Positions 1-16,452 of a stretch of DNA of 64,000 nt are shown piece by piece. The translations under genes were made by a program, and so were the position numbers. The notes under the pieces are model-generated. The model was not told the origin of the DNA. It saw only the letters and a list, made by a program, of their open reading frames with translations, and ran no database searches. The DNA lies in the NCBI GenBank assembly GCA_030141605.1, contig JAQGDQ010000283.1, positions 62,001 to 126,000 of the forward strand, read 5' to 3'. How positions within the stretch are numbered: the first letter of the stretch is position 1; every line of letters starts with the position of its first letter. This DNA comes from Tubiluchus corallicola. Its lineage: Eukaryota; Animalia; Priapulida.

Positions 1-3939
<3,939 letters not shown>

Positions 3940-4003
3940 CTTTCGGCTTTGCACAATTAGTTTTGTTGCACACAATACACATACGTTAACGCATCACAAC
4001 AAT

Positions 4004-4039
4004 AAGTGAAATAGGTAAGGTTATTCGACGACGTTTATA
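4004..4039 (-). promoter_or_regulatory. Candidate TATA box plus initiator of the pentraxin gene
   Basis: Minus-strand TATAAA at 4039-4034 lies 32 nt upstream of the A (4007) of an Inr-like TCACTT, about 70 nt before the ATG at 3939. Confidence 0.5.
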
Positions 4040-4571
4040 GCACTAGAACAATTCAGGATTATTCCCTCCCTTGTCCCAAAAGGTATCTGACCCTGAAGAA
4101 GAGGCGAATTGAACGTTCCTTACAGGTTCCTCCTTCCTAAGGCGGTTCCAGGGGTAAAATGGTTCTTAATAAGTTTTGATCCTGTTTCAGTCGGCTATCG
4201 TGAGAATATGAAGCTTTGTTACGTAAAAATTAATAGTGACTATGTAAATTTATAAATTGAACAATAAATTGAAAAACGGAACATGGTGGCGTACTGTGGC
4301 ACAACAAAATGTGTCCAGTACACCACTATGTTGCGTCCAAATACCACCACAATAGGTCAGCTAAAACTAGGTAGAGACAAAGGGAATTAATTTGTTCGAC
4401 TCGTTCTTGTACCGCTGTATATGGTCTTTCAAGGACCATAATGGGCATCTGGGAGCTTATTATTTTAAGAGCAAGACAAGTTTTGCCAAGTGTGCATGCA
4501 ACAGTTACATAGCGGGTTTGTACTTGTGAAACAGTACAACATTGATTTTAAATTGTAATATCTAGTTTAGC

Positions 4572-5306
4572 TTAAATTGAATACTGCGCATTAAATTCGG
4601 TCAGAACTGTACTGAATGTGTATATTGTATGTTGGGTGACTTCTACTTGTTTTATTACTTTTTCGAAAACTTTATCATCGTCATCATCATTTCTGTTGAA
4701 ACACTCTTCTGAAAATACGAGGAAATAAACTGGCATTGGTGAGCGTCCAATCAGACCCCTTTAGTGGCGAGAATCGTGCAAAAATTATAGTATTAATTTC
4801 CAATCATATTATTGATTATGATTCAAAATTGATAATTTTGAAAAACGGTTGCACTTGCAGTAGTTTAATATCAATATTGCTTTTATTGGCACAGCCGAAA
4901 GTGTTAAAATTTCTATTATGTCAAATATATCTCACAGTGTTATACTTAGTTATTGTTCCCTAGTGAACTCACTGCGACAAACAAAAAGTTGTTTTGGAGA
5001 GAATGATATTTAAATGTTTTACCGTGTTGTCGCTTTGACAACGTTTCGGTTGCACATTTCAAAGTTAGAGCTATCTCTATTAAGATAAACAAGAAATTTT
5101 ATTGGGAATATAGACATTACACATTTGGAAAACAAAATGCAAAACGAAAATTTAAACAACATAGTATAACAAACGAAGCATGTACAGGGGCCATAATAAC
5201 CGTTTTGCATGCATATAGGTATAATGGCTTAAACGTATACATGAAACTATACTCAGACTACCACAGAGTATCCAAGTAACAAAGATCAGTAATAATATTA
5301 ATACAT
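4572..5306 (-). pseudogene. Candidate small secreted orphan gene with an apparent 1-nt frameshift next to the start; exons ~5306-5262, 5076-5023, 4708-4572
   Basis: Phase-1 GT-AG joins give VLILLLIFVTWILC-EIALTLKCATETLSKRQH-EECFNRNDDDDDKVFEKVIKQVEVTQHTIYTFSTVLTEFNAQYSI*. The ATG at 5306-5304 is one base out of frame with the hydrophobic stretch. No recognised homology. Confidence 0.35.
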
Positions 5307-5538
5307 ATTATACGCAATTCTTGACCTACACTAAATTTATCATTTTCATTTAATCATCAGTATTTCTGGGTTATCGTATATCAAACATACATCGAATTTT
5401 AATTTTTACTCTTACTGCTGCATGAGCTCTAGTTGTAATTTCGTAGAATAAATAAATAATGCGATATAACTACACTCGAATTTTAATTTTTAATTGTAAT
5501 TATAGTTTTATAAGTTTAAAATCGACATAAAATAAGTG

Positions 5539-5604
5539 CTCGTCTTGTCTCGTCTCGTCTCGTCTCGTCCCGTCTCGTCCCGTCTCGTCCCGTCCCGTCC
5601 CGTC
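5539..5604. repeat. (GTCTC/GTCCC)n pentanucleotide repeat
   Basis: Visible tandem 5-mers. Confidence 0.92.
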
Positions 5605-5835
5605 CGGATTCAAACAAACAGGGATTCGAATACATCGGGCAACAAATTATTAACATACCTATGTACAAAACAACTGTTTCTCAGGGCACCAACACAAATC
5701 TTCAAACAATTTACAACTGTGAGCTCTATAGAAGAGATTGTAATTACTCTACTGATCTTTTTCTGCATTTTTACTAATCTGTCTAGTGAATCTATCTAAG
5801 TGTTACCCCAGATAATACAAAAATAATGAAAATAT

Positions 5836-6180
5836 TGTTACGGGACGAAATGCCATTTACTTTCGACCCACCCCTCTACATTGTGGTCTCGTCCATACGA
5901 AGCCGTTGCATAGTGACGTTGAATACTAGGTATAAAACCGTCGCTATGGAATGACCTCGTCGGATCAGTGGGCTGACGTGCAGATGGGTTTTCCACCTGA
6001 CACCTGCTCCGTAATGACAACCGGCATGGAGCACAATGGATGAGATATATGGCGAGTTACTTGATTCCATAATTTTACTTTTGCTACTGTTTGTTTTACG
6101 CTATATTCGCAAGTACGCATTAACATGCATGTCAGCACCATCCACTCAACGTTACAATAGGTGTACGCAAAAGTGTAACA
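5836..6180. mobile_element. Possible solo LTR
   Basis: Starts TGTTAC and ends GTAACA (alternative end GTTACA at 6156). Internal TATAAAA at 5931; GC-richer than flanks. No clean TSD. Confidence 0.4.
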
Positions 6181-8059
6181 TAGTTGCTTGCTTAAGTTTC
6201 GAAGTATTTTAATTTTTGCTACATTTTTTATTCTATTTTATTCTGCTACAATCTATCATTTTATTCTTTATGCCAAGCTTAGAACAAATATAGTTGGTAT
6301 ACTTTTTCCACAGCGATTTTTTAAAACGACACCCAAAAATTTAGTTTGCGTAACTTGGTCAATACAAATTCATAAATTCAGAAAGTTTTACAGTAAGTGC
6401 GCGCAAACTATGTATGACCTGAGCTAATAAAGTCGTAATAAAGTACCCAAACTAAACACTTCACTAATAAACTGATAGGATTCTATATATAGTGACTGAG
6501 CAGTATTTGTTGTGCAGCTTAATTGCTCTTCATACGGAAGTTTACTTAGTAAATCATAATTTGATTTAGGTGAAATGGCAAGCGTAATGATGTCAGTACT
6601 CTCTGACTATAGGCCTAGATCACAAAAGTATCTCTTGAATTGATGGGAAATCGTTATAACGGCAAGCAATTACATCAGCATGTATAGAGCACCAGTACCC
6701 CAAATTAACGAAAACGTCCAGAAATTGCTATAACAAAATGAGATGAATAGCATTCTCCTAACTAGTCGACGTCTATATTAAGCCCGTAAGGAAAAAACTA
6801 CAGCTCTTGTGTCATCCTGAAATAATAAAACGGTTGGAACACCCTGCGCTCAAGATTTGTTGGCTAGTAGATCTACGCGATAGGCTTCAGTCTACGGAGA
6901 AGATACGGGACTCGTCGGAATCTTTATCAGTTTTGCACCTTTAATGATTTAGTTTGTACTTCTGTTTATAATATTTTACATGTTAAGCCCCAGGGACAGA
7001 ATAAAATAAATCTGTTTTGGAGAATGAAACCAGTAGATACAAGTATTTTAATTAATTAACTAACAAAGCAATTATTATTAAAATAATTACACAAATGCCG
7101 AGAACAAGACTGAATTCTGCACAGTGCTGTCGGCTTTCGGCTCAATGTCAAAAACAAGACTAAAGTCTGTTATCATGCGGAAAACTTCAATTTCGTTTTT
7201 GGTTTGTGTGTTTGTTTTCTGCTCAGATCAGAAGGGAGAGGCGTTGTATCAAACCATATGTATATAAAAGGTTGTCCTTGAAAAGATTTATTGTTAATAT
7301 CTGTTGTGCAATTTGCTGATTCCTGTATATAGCGAATAAAACGAATAAACAATAAATAAAAACATTATGATGTACTTATTTACAATTCAACAAAACACAC
7401 AATTCGTAATAATAATCCTGTTAAATAAAACAAAGTAAAGTAAAGATATCAGTAGACGTCACGACAATAACAGTTTACAATTTCAATACAATGTATATCA
7501 TTTTGAAAAAAACTTACACAAACTACAGTGCACCTTTTTGTGGGGAAAACTATATTCCCTATAGCATTTGGTTGTGTAGGAAGAAACCTGTACAGTCTAC
7601 TTTACGGCAGATGAGGTTTCTCCCAATATTTTAATTACTGCCTCGGACTTTATACCAGGCCTTATTCATTCAACCTAGTAGTTAAGTAGTTAATGAGGCG
7701 GTAAGCCAAGTTTTCTATTTACGTACTTGCACACTGGAAATATAGAAGTAATAATGTAAATACTTTCGTAGGTACTTCAACAGTTATTTACATGAAGCAA
7801 ATACTTAATTTGCTACTCGGAAATGTATTTCCAACAACAAAACTACTTACAGCAAAACAGGTTAAATTAAGTTTACGCACACAAGACATATCGTCATCAT
7901 CTTAGGTGCTTAGTTTAAACAATATTTTTATTTGACAAAAACATTACAGAAACAAACACAGTTATAATGTACAATGGGCCATTAATCAAACGCTGATTCG
8001 CTAACAGGGCTAAATAGATTATATAATCTATATAAAAGCTTTTCGGAGAGCAGAAACGT

Positions 8060-8311
8060 CACTTATAAGTTCCTAGCTGCTCCAGTTATGCAACACAGCA
8101 CCACTCATAATTTTATGCCATGTCCCCGAACTATTGCCACTTTCCAAGCATCTGCGTTGTTTAAGTCACGGGTAGTATTTAATAAGTCTTTCTTCAGTAC
8201 CTTCAAATACGCGATCAACTGTCCTTCTCTTGGCTTCTTCCCAGGTGTGGACAGTTAAAGTTGCCGCCCGTACAGATCAACGCCCCCTAAAAGCGTCTGC
8301 ATACAAAGATG
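8060..8311 (-). mobile_element. RTE-clade LINE 3' relic
   Basis: Translates TPGKKPREGQLIAYLKVLKKDLLNTTRDLNNADAWKVAIVRGHG, resembling the RTE C-terminal GKRxRGGQxxxYxDxLKxDL...W motif. Stops present. Confidence 0.55.
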
Positions 8312-8344
8312 CTGAAAATAGTAGAAAAATAAAAATAACCAACA

Positions 8345-8560
8345 AAAATTTCAAATCGGAATCCATATAATTTAGCGAAGAAAGAATGGAGTAAAGGCTA
8401 TATTGAAGCGTCAGTTTAAATGGATTGGGCATTTCATTAGATTACCACAAGATTCTCTACTTACTACAGCATTACATCGTCAGACAACCAGAATCCAAAA
8501 TTGGTATGTGGGCGCGTGACATCATTCACCAAAATTTATCAAAGAAGCAGGAGTTCGTAA
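8345..8560 (+). mobile_element. RTE-clade LINE relic
   Basis: Translates AILKRQFKWIGHFIRLPQDSLLTTAL, matching the RTE RxxxWxGHxxR motif downstream of RT. Confidence 0.6.
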
Positions 8561-9325
8561 CAACATTATGTGGATAATGTGGATTTACTTTTACCCCTGT
8601 ACTATTAAAAACACACTGTCGGGGCCCCGCATGCAATGAAAAGCACTTGGACAGAGCTGTACTGTGTCAACGGAGCGCAGTGAACAGATACAGAAATATT
8701 TATCCTGTTTACAACACAAAATAAATCCGGATCCTGGATAAGGGTACATATGGGACGTGGTCACGGGAAGTCTAGCACCCACCCATTGTGGTCTTTCTGT
8801 TATTCAGCTGTTGTACAACAGATTCGGATCTACAAAAGTCCAATGTCCAAACTATTTTCTGATCTGTAAAAAGTGTTAACCTATAGATGGCTCTTGGCCT
8901 GCATTCGTGGCTGTGAATCGGGCTTAAGCCGTTGTTATTGCCAGATTGTTGCTTGTAGATCTCAAATTTAGCACAGGTTAACAGCCTGAAATGCTTATTT
9001 TTTTAGTAATATTAAATAGTAGTATTACACGCACCCTCACACACATAAATTACACACAATGTGAAAGCATTGCTCTCCGCCCTAAAATAATTCATATTTT
9101 CATTGGTGAATTAAGCTAGTGATTTATAGAACTGCTGTTCCCAGTTAAAAACTGTTATGGCAGAATAACAAAAATATAGACAAATAACAAAGAAAAAATA
9201 ACAAAGAAAATTTCATTCTTTCAAAAACATCAGTTTAGAAACTATGCCACTGATTTACATAATCTCAAAATATACGATCTCACGATGTCGTGCTTACTTT
9301 TTGTTTTATGTTTAGATATCAAAAA

Positions 9326-11005
9326 ATGCAGAAAGAAGTGTATTTGATACTAAGTGCTGCTGTGTTGATCTTGTTCGATTTATCTCCCGCAAGAACGGAT
9401 GACCGGGTAAGTTTTTATTTCATGTAGGGTTGAACAAAATTGGCTTTTTTCGGGTTTTTATTCCTACAATTTTCTTGGAATAATGGCTGATAAACTAAAA
9501 CTATATTGTTAAGGAATCTGGGTAAACGGAAAAGCGGGTGGCTGCATGAAATGTAAAATAGTGGGATAATTAAACGCTCTCCTACGTCATTTCAAAAAAT
9601 GGGGTAATGTCGAACAGACTGGCATTGTAACGTCGGATATAATTAACAGCAAACGAACAAAATGTTATTGATCGCCCACGTAAAGCAAAGGAAATACCTT
9701 TTTGCTCGACATTGTTATTTGTTTATAGCCACCGAAAACAACACAGTATGCAAACTTGGATACGCTTGATGACGCAAATCTGAAAATCTTATCCATTTTC
9801 AGTTCAGTTTAATTTCTGAAGTCACCGTATCCCCCTTGAGTACCCTCTTAGTCCTTCTATGGAGTCAATTCAGATATCAGCTCGACAAACTTTTGCTAGA
9901 TGGTCAGATTTCATACGCCAACTCTGAACGCCTTAATTATATTGCACAAGCATTTTATCTTGAGTTATAGATTTGAGTTTATTATACTTTTTGAAATTGG
10001 TAACTTTTTATCTAAATTCTGCATTAAGTTAGTAATGTTTTTATTTTCTACATTTTTAAAAGGCAAAAGCTTGCATAATTTGCCGTGAATTTAGCATGCC
10101 GTTTATAAGACTCTGCTAAGACCGTTGTCGTATAGGAGAGGTTAAGCAGATTTATGCAGATTGCATTTGATCAGAGCTTCGCTGTTGAAGTTTTCCTCTT
10201 TTTCCTCTTTTATTCTTTAAGTTTTTTTTATATTCACAGCATTTTTCTTTCCATCCGCTTTCGATAACGGTTTCATCCCGATGTCTCTAAAACGATTAAG
10301 ATCATGTTATTTTTACACTCACATGGCCGAAAAACTACGTTATTTACCTAATTCAGGTCAAAACCGGACGCAAAAATTCAATTGTCCGACATTAGCCTAG
10401 GCTTTTGGGTAATGTCGGACACTGCTTCAGTGAGTTGTATAATAAACAAGCAAGTATGGCGCTTTACAAAGTGTGGCATGAAAGCATCAGGGAAGAACTA
10501 ACTTACAAAATAAACCACTTCTGAAGAGGATGCTGTAAATAATTAATGCGTTAGGTCTGTTTACCAGAAAATAAAAAAAAATTTAATACGATTAAAAATG
10601 AACGTACTCACTGTATGTTCACGACCATAAGGCCGCTAGAAGACGAACGGCTAGGCACTGGTGAACATGCCAATTTAAAGATGTGATGTAGCAGTATTAA
10701 CAATGAAATGGGAAAACAACGTCCGGGTAATTTAACGGGTTTTAGGAAAACGTAAAACTCATTGTCCTACATTAGCCCATCTATGACGTTATACCAATTT
10801 ACCCTATTTAAAGTGAAGCATCCACATTAGACATAGATATTTTCTCCTCAAAAATGCCTAATGATGTTTGTTTGCATGTGTGTTTGTTCGTTCGTTCGTT
10901 CCATTCTTTCTTCCTTCGTTCGTTCCTTCCGTCCTTCCTTCCTTCTTTCGTTCGTTCGTTCGTTCGTTCCTTCCTTCATTCATTCCTTCCTTCCTTCCTT
11001 CGTTC

Positions 11006-11071
<66 letters not shown>

Positions 11072-11751
11072 GTGCGTGTGTGCGTGTGTGCGTGTGTGCG
11101 TGTGTGCATGTGCGCGTGCATGTGTTTTTCCTCGCTCGTTTTTTAGTTGCTCAGTTAATCAGTAAGTCAGTCAGTCAGTCAATCAGTCAGTCAGTTAGCC
11201 AGTCAGTCAATTCAATTAGTTAGTTAGTAAGACCGTTTGTTTGTTTGTAAAAACTCAAAAAAAATTATCCAAAACGTTATTTTGGCTTTCAATGAGCATT
11301 AAGTTAGTGGTAATTACTACCGGTTGGTGACGTTACAGCACCCTATGAAGCAGGCTTAATGTATATACTTCATGCTTGACACTATTACTATAACTGTACA
11401 GAGAAGAAACGCAAGTAAATGTTAAACAAATATGCGCAGTTATTATGACCTCTGTGTTAACTTGCCATGTCAGTGTCGTAAATGCACCTGCCATTGCCGA
11501 TGTTCAATTACTGAAAATGTAACATTAAACGGAAAAACATTCATTTGTACCCAGGATGACCAACACTCATGTGTGAATGTATGCAAGACGGCTATGAATA
11601 ACAGTTTTGTTGACAGTCGCAATCAAGGAAGACAAATATGGAGCGAAACAGAAAGAATGTACTCAACGCACAGAAAGAATGAGAGAGATGGATAACGGAC
11701 AGAGAAAAAGAGACAGAAAGAGAAAGAGAGAGAGAGAGGGGGGAGAGAGAC

Positions 11752-11824
<73 letters not shown>

Positions 11825-12064
11825 TATATATTGCATATAGGAAGAGGTTAGGATGTGGAAAGGCAAAAGTGAAACTTCAATGTAATTATACAATTTAATT
11901 TTCAGATGAGATGCTGCATGGGTGGTTGGAAAAGCGTGAAAAACGTAGCCATATGCAGCGCTCCTTGTTGTCCGGGTTATGTAGAGAAAATGGCAACCCC
12001 TCCAGGACTGAAGCCAATCGTCTACTGTGAATTGGCAACGGAAGGCGTTGACGTGGGAATATGA
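9326..12064 (+). CDS. Secreted cysteine-rich peptide precursor, 79 aa; exons 9326-9406 and 11906-12064
   Basis: Exon 1 encodes MQKEVYLILSAAVLILFDLSPARTDDR (signal-peptide-like) and ends at CGG|gtaagt. Exon 2 follows ttttcag| in phase 0: MRCCMGGWKSVKNVAICSAPCCPGYVEKMATPPGLKPIVYCELATEGVDVGI*. AATAAA at 12273-12278. Confidence 0.75.
9584..10789. mobile_element. Non-autonomous DNA transposon with imperfect inverted ends and internal motif copies
   Basis: ACGTCAT...GGGTAATGTCGAACA (9584-9616) is inverted at TGTCCTACATTAGCCC...ATGACGT (10763-10789). Internal inverted pair TGTCCGACATTA / TAATGTCGGACA at 10383-10421. Exact termini unresolved. Confidence 0.55.
10880..11248. repeat. Compound microsatellite (TTCG/TTCC, TG, TGTGCG, TCAG)
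   Basis: Visible tandem runs; source of spurious ORFs at 10854-11223. Confidence 0.95.
11681..11822. repeat. (AG)n microsatellite with purine-rich flank
   Basis: Visible run. Confidence 0.95.
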
Positions 12065-12797
12065 GAATAATTTTTTTGAGGTAACACTCCCTTGCAGCTA
12101 AAGACGACGTGCCTGTACTGTTACTGCTGCAGATAATGATGAGGATTACGATTTTTGGGGCCAATGTAAAACCAAGTACATTACCAAAACACATTTCAAA
12201 TGTAACCAGATGTTACACATTATCATCATCACCATTAGGTCTATTTTAGACGTTGGGCAAGCAGAATTCTAAAATAAAAGAAATCTGCCCTTAAGACAGG
12301 TAAACACAGGAGTAATCCAGCAAAAAACTAGAAATTTCTATGTTTGGCGATAGTTGGAACGTCTTTGACAGTTTTACTCTCAACTATCGTCGTTGTCGTC
12401 GCCGCCGCCGTGCTGTACAGGGTTTTACTATGTGCTATGGTGATTTTGTCCGACGACTAATAAGTAATTAACTATTTTTATTTTAGGAAGAAGTCATTGC
12501 TAAAGCGCTAACTGTACAGTAAGGAATGTTAAAACAAGGACAACGGCAAGAATTAACCTTCGAAACCTGCTGGCGTAAAACGCTGTCTCTGACATATTTC
12601 TAACTTATAAGACAAAATTTTCAGTGTATGTGCTTTAAAATACGTATTATAAAACTTTCGATTCTGCACTTCTTGTACTTGTATTTGTAGAATACAGATG
12701 CATAAGGTAGAAGCCTATTCATTGGTTTGTGATGTTCTTCCCAATAATGAACTTTGATTGCATGACCAAATTGGGTACGTAAAATGTAGGAACAACC

Positions 12798-12907
12798 CAT
12801 TTTGGGCACGGGACATTTAGAGATGGAACATATTGGGATTTGGGAACAAGACATTTGGGCAGGAACATTCGGGCACGGGGACACCTGGGCACGAGACGTT
12901 TGGGCAC
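12798..12907. repeat. ~15-bp tandem array (TTTGGGCACGGGACA-like), probably a subterminal repeat of a foldback-type DNA transposon
   Basis: About 7 diverged units visible; the transposon origin is inferred. Confidence 0.7.
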
Positions 12908-15302
12908 TGACAAAATTTAATCCTTTACCTATTTTTTTTATTTTTGTGTTTTGAATTTTTAAGGATAGTTTATACCTACAGTTTCCTAACTCTCACAATA
13001 TTTTAAGGCACATTTGAACAAGGTAGAAGACACTCTAGGTTGTAAACACTACTGTTTTTATTCAAATAATGGCGTGCTATGGTTCGTGGTGCGATCAAGA
13101 ATCTAATACAGCTCATCACAGTATCCACAAAAGCACCTAAATTACAAAATTATCCGTCACAGAAATCTAGCCACACCAAAATTTAGAGTCAGTTTGTACA
13201 ACTAGTGAAGCAATTCACCTAGTATTATACATATCAAAATGTACCGGCTGCCAACCCGAAAATGGCTAGAATCTAAACCAATTAATGAGCCAAGTGATGT
13301 GATTAGCAATAATTGTAAATTTTTTGCCGCATGTCTTGCAAAATGCGCTTTAACATACAATAATTATTGTTTTGCACGCCACTGTATTATTATTTTATTC
13401 GCATATCTTCCAACACGGAATCAAAGTTAGTAACCAAGTCAAATAATAAGGAATAGCAACGCATCTACAAACACCCATACGAATATATGTTTACACATTA
13501 TTCAGTTAACAGGGTTAGAAACTGTTACGTACTAAGACTAAGCGACAGACTTAACTAGTCGTTGGCAGGCGCTGAGTGTTTGGTTACAGTTAGTTGCCAG
13601 CCAGGGCCGAGCCGAACGTAACCAGCTGTCTTGTAACCTCAGATAGTGGCCAGGTCCACGGGGAGGGGCCTACTGAATGGCATGTTATGGTTTGTGGTGC
13701 GTTCAAGAATTATTTTAGGAAGAAGTCATTGCTGAAGCGCTAACCGTACAGTAAGGTATGTTACCACAAAGACAATGTTAAAAAACAAAATAAAGCGCGT
13801 CAAATCCCATCAGCATTTTACTTAATAACCAAGCGCTCAAGATGTTCAGTTTTTACCACCAAAATTTTCGGACCATGGAGTTACACATGTCTACTGGTGA
13901 CAAGAAGTAATGTATAACCACTCAGAGTCAAAGTTTCAACGCAAATGTAACCAAGGTTCAGGAGCTTCTGCTTCCGAAATGTTTACGAAAACTTTTCGAG
14001 CAATCACCTTCAGGAAATAAGAAATGATTACAAACATGACTTGTCAACTCTCGTCCTACATTTGTTCCTGTCATTTTTCAATTTTTACAAACATTTGAAA
14101 ATCCAGCTAGGCACTGACACACGTTAGCAAAATTGCTTTTGAAATTTTACTGGACAAAACAACAAAATTCTGGACATATTGCTGATAATTTTAAACAAAT
14201 GTTTAGTGTGAACTTTTGCCAACAGATTTCACAATTCTCATCCTTGACTTGGCTTTCGTAACAACATGATAACATCGCGGCAAATAATTTACTTCTTGCT
14301 GCACGACGGAACTAAAATGGCACAAGATGTTTAATATATGCTACACGACGCAACTACGACGCCACAAGTTGTTGTTTTAGAAATTGATTGCACAATATAT
14401 GCATTTTGATGAGACTAAATTTACTGGGGAGAGCTGGAGTAGATCCTTGTTTCTTCAGTCAAAAAATGTTGCCTCAGCAAGGGCTTATCCTTTCAACGGT
14501 CAGCCCTTCACTGTAGTAAGTCATAAGGTGCATCATGCAGCCAGCTGTGAACTGGAGAACCACAGAATAGGTAATAGAGGGTAAGCTATTATCTACATTG
14601 TGATGAACCCAGCTCTAACTGTACATGCGCCCGTTTCTAATTTACTCCACCTTTTAATTTTTAAAACGTAGGCTAAGTGTCAGCCTACAACAGCGCCACT
14701 CGACGAAATTTAGTTTTGAATGGAAGAAGTTACTAGAGACAAGAGCGATCGTAGCGGCCGATCTCGAAAGCCCGATTTTTTTTCTTTTATTAATCTATAA
14801 CTATAGGCTTAGACTGGGCATATTGTGGGTGGAATTTTCACTCAGCTTTTGTAGGGAAGTAGTTCTCAAGATAAAACTGAAACACAAGCAGCGTGGCTAG
14901 TTGATTGATTTCTAAATTATGTTGCTTCGCAGCCGCAGACTCAGAGAGCTACATGTAATGGGGAAAATCGCACAAGTTTGCATAGAATTAAGTTAATAGG
15001 TTTCAAAATTTTGAACCACTTAATCAAAATTGCATTTTGCCAAACAACAAAAAAAGAAAAAACATGCGTCCCCAATTTCTCTTCGCAATCTAATTTTACA
15101 GAAATTTTTTTTCTGACTTTGAAAGTGTAGTTTATATACTCCTTTCGGTTAGCCATTATATTAATCTGTTTAAACCATTGATACGTCAGCATGCCTTTTG
15201 ATAGAAAAGAAAAATGGGCGAACTATCAATCACTCCTTAGTTTGTAAAATTTATAAAACTGAAACTATTGAGAGATTTTTTTTTTATTAATTACTTTATT
15301 TC

Positions 15303-15684
<382 letters not shown>

Positions 15685-16110
15685 GGGAAGGGGATGAGGG
15701 AGAGAAATAAAAACAGTTTGAGAGTGAAAGAAGGATGAATAATAGCAAGAACACTTAAAGACATTTTGCAGCCTTATTTCAGCAATTATTTCATGTTAGT
15801 TGTAGTTTTGTTATGTATTACGTTTGAAATAAACATAAAATCTAAATCAGCTCAAATAAAATTGTTGATGTAACGCAAATTATTCATAACTACTTGACGT
15901 GTGTTAAACAATGACACATGTTCACATATGATTTAGCTATTTCTGATACTGTGAACAAATCAAATTTGGAAAGCTTTATCGCAATTATTCATCGGGAAAA
16001 TTTAATTGTTTGAATCTCACGCAAACTTTTGTATAACTTTTATTTAAAAAATTAATGACAAAAACGAGGTGCGAAACAAATATTTTAGAACAACAACAAC
16101 AATAAAAATG

Positions 16111-16230
<120 letters not shown>

Positions 16231-16411
16231 GGTCACTCACTAATAGGACAGCCTAATACAGCAATGTTCTTCTACGCCAAAAAGCTCATTGGTCATTGAC
16301 CACCATAAATTAATATTTCAAAAGTGTAGAGAATGTAGAATTGCTTCAATTCTTGTGATGACACTTTATCAAGTTCTTCGCTTTTACTTGCGATCCCATC
16401 ATGCCCTGTTG

Positions 16412-16421
16412 CCTTCTTTCC
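16412..16421 (+). promoter_or_regulatory. Candidate TCT / 5'TOP pyrimidine tract of RPS8
   Basis: CCTTCTTTCC 32-41 nt upstream of the RPS8 ATG; ribosomal protein genes typically initiate in such tracts. Confidence 0.5.
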
Positions 16422-16452
16422 ATGCTGTCCACCATTGCAATAATCTGTTGTA

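Noticed and set aside
8064-8830. Minus-strand exon-like segments with in-frame TGA (selenoprotein idea)
   Set aside because: Other frames give RTE LINE C-terminal motifs; no SECIS or coherent protein was found.
11432-11695. Cys-rich ORF MRSYYDLCVNLPCQCRKCTCHCRC...
   Set aside because: Lies in the intron of the peptide gene in TG-rich sequence, has no signal peptide or convincing splice sites, and runs into an AG microsatellite.
12340-12470. Short Arg-rich or hydrophobic frames and hairpin GGCGATAGTTG/CAACTATCGTC
   Set aside because: Driven by a (GTC/GCC)n run; the hairpin is too short and bulged to call a miRNA; no support for either frame.
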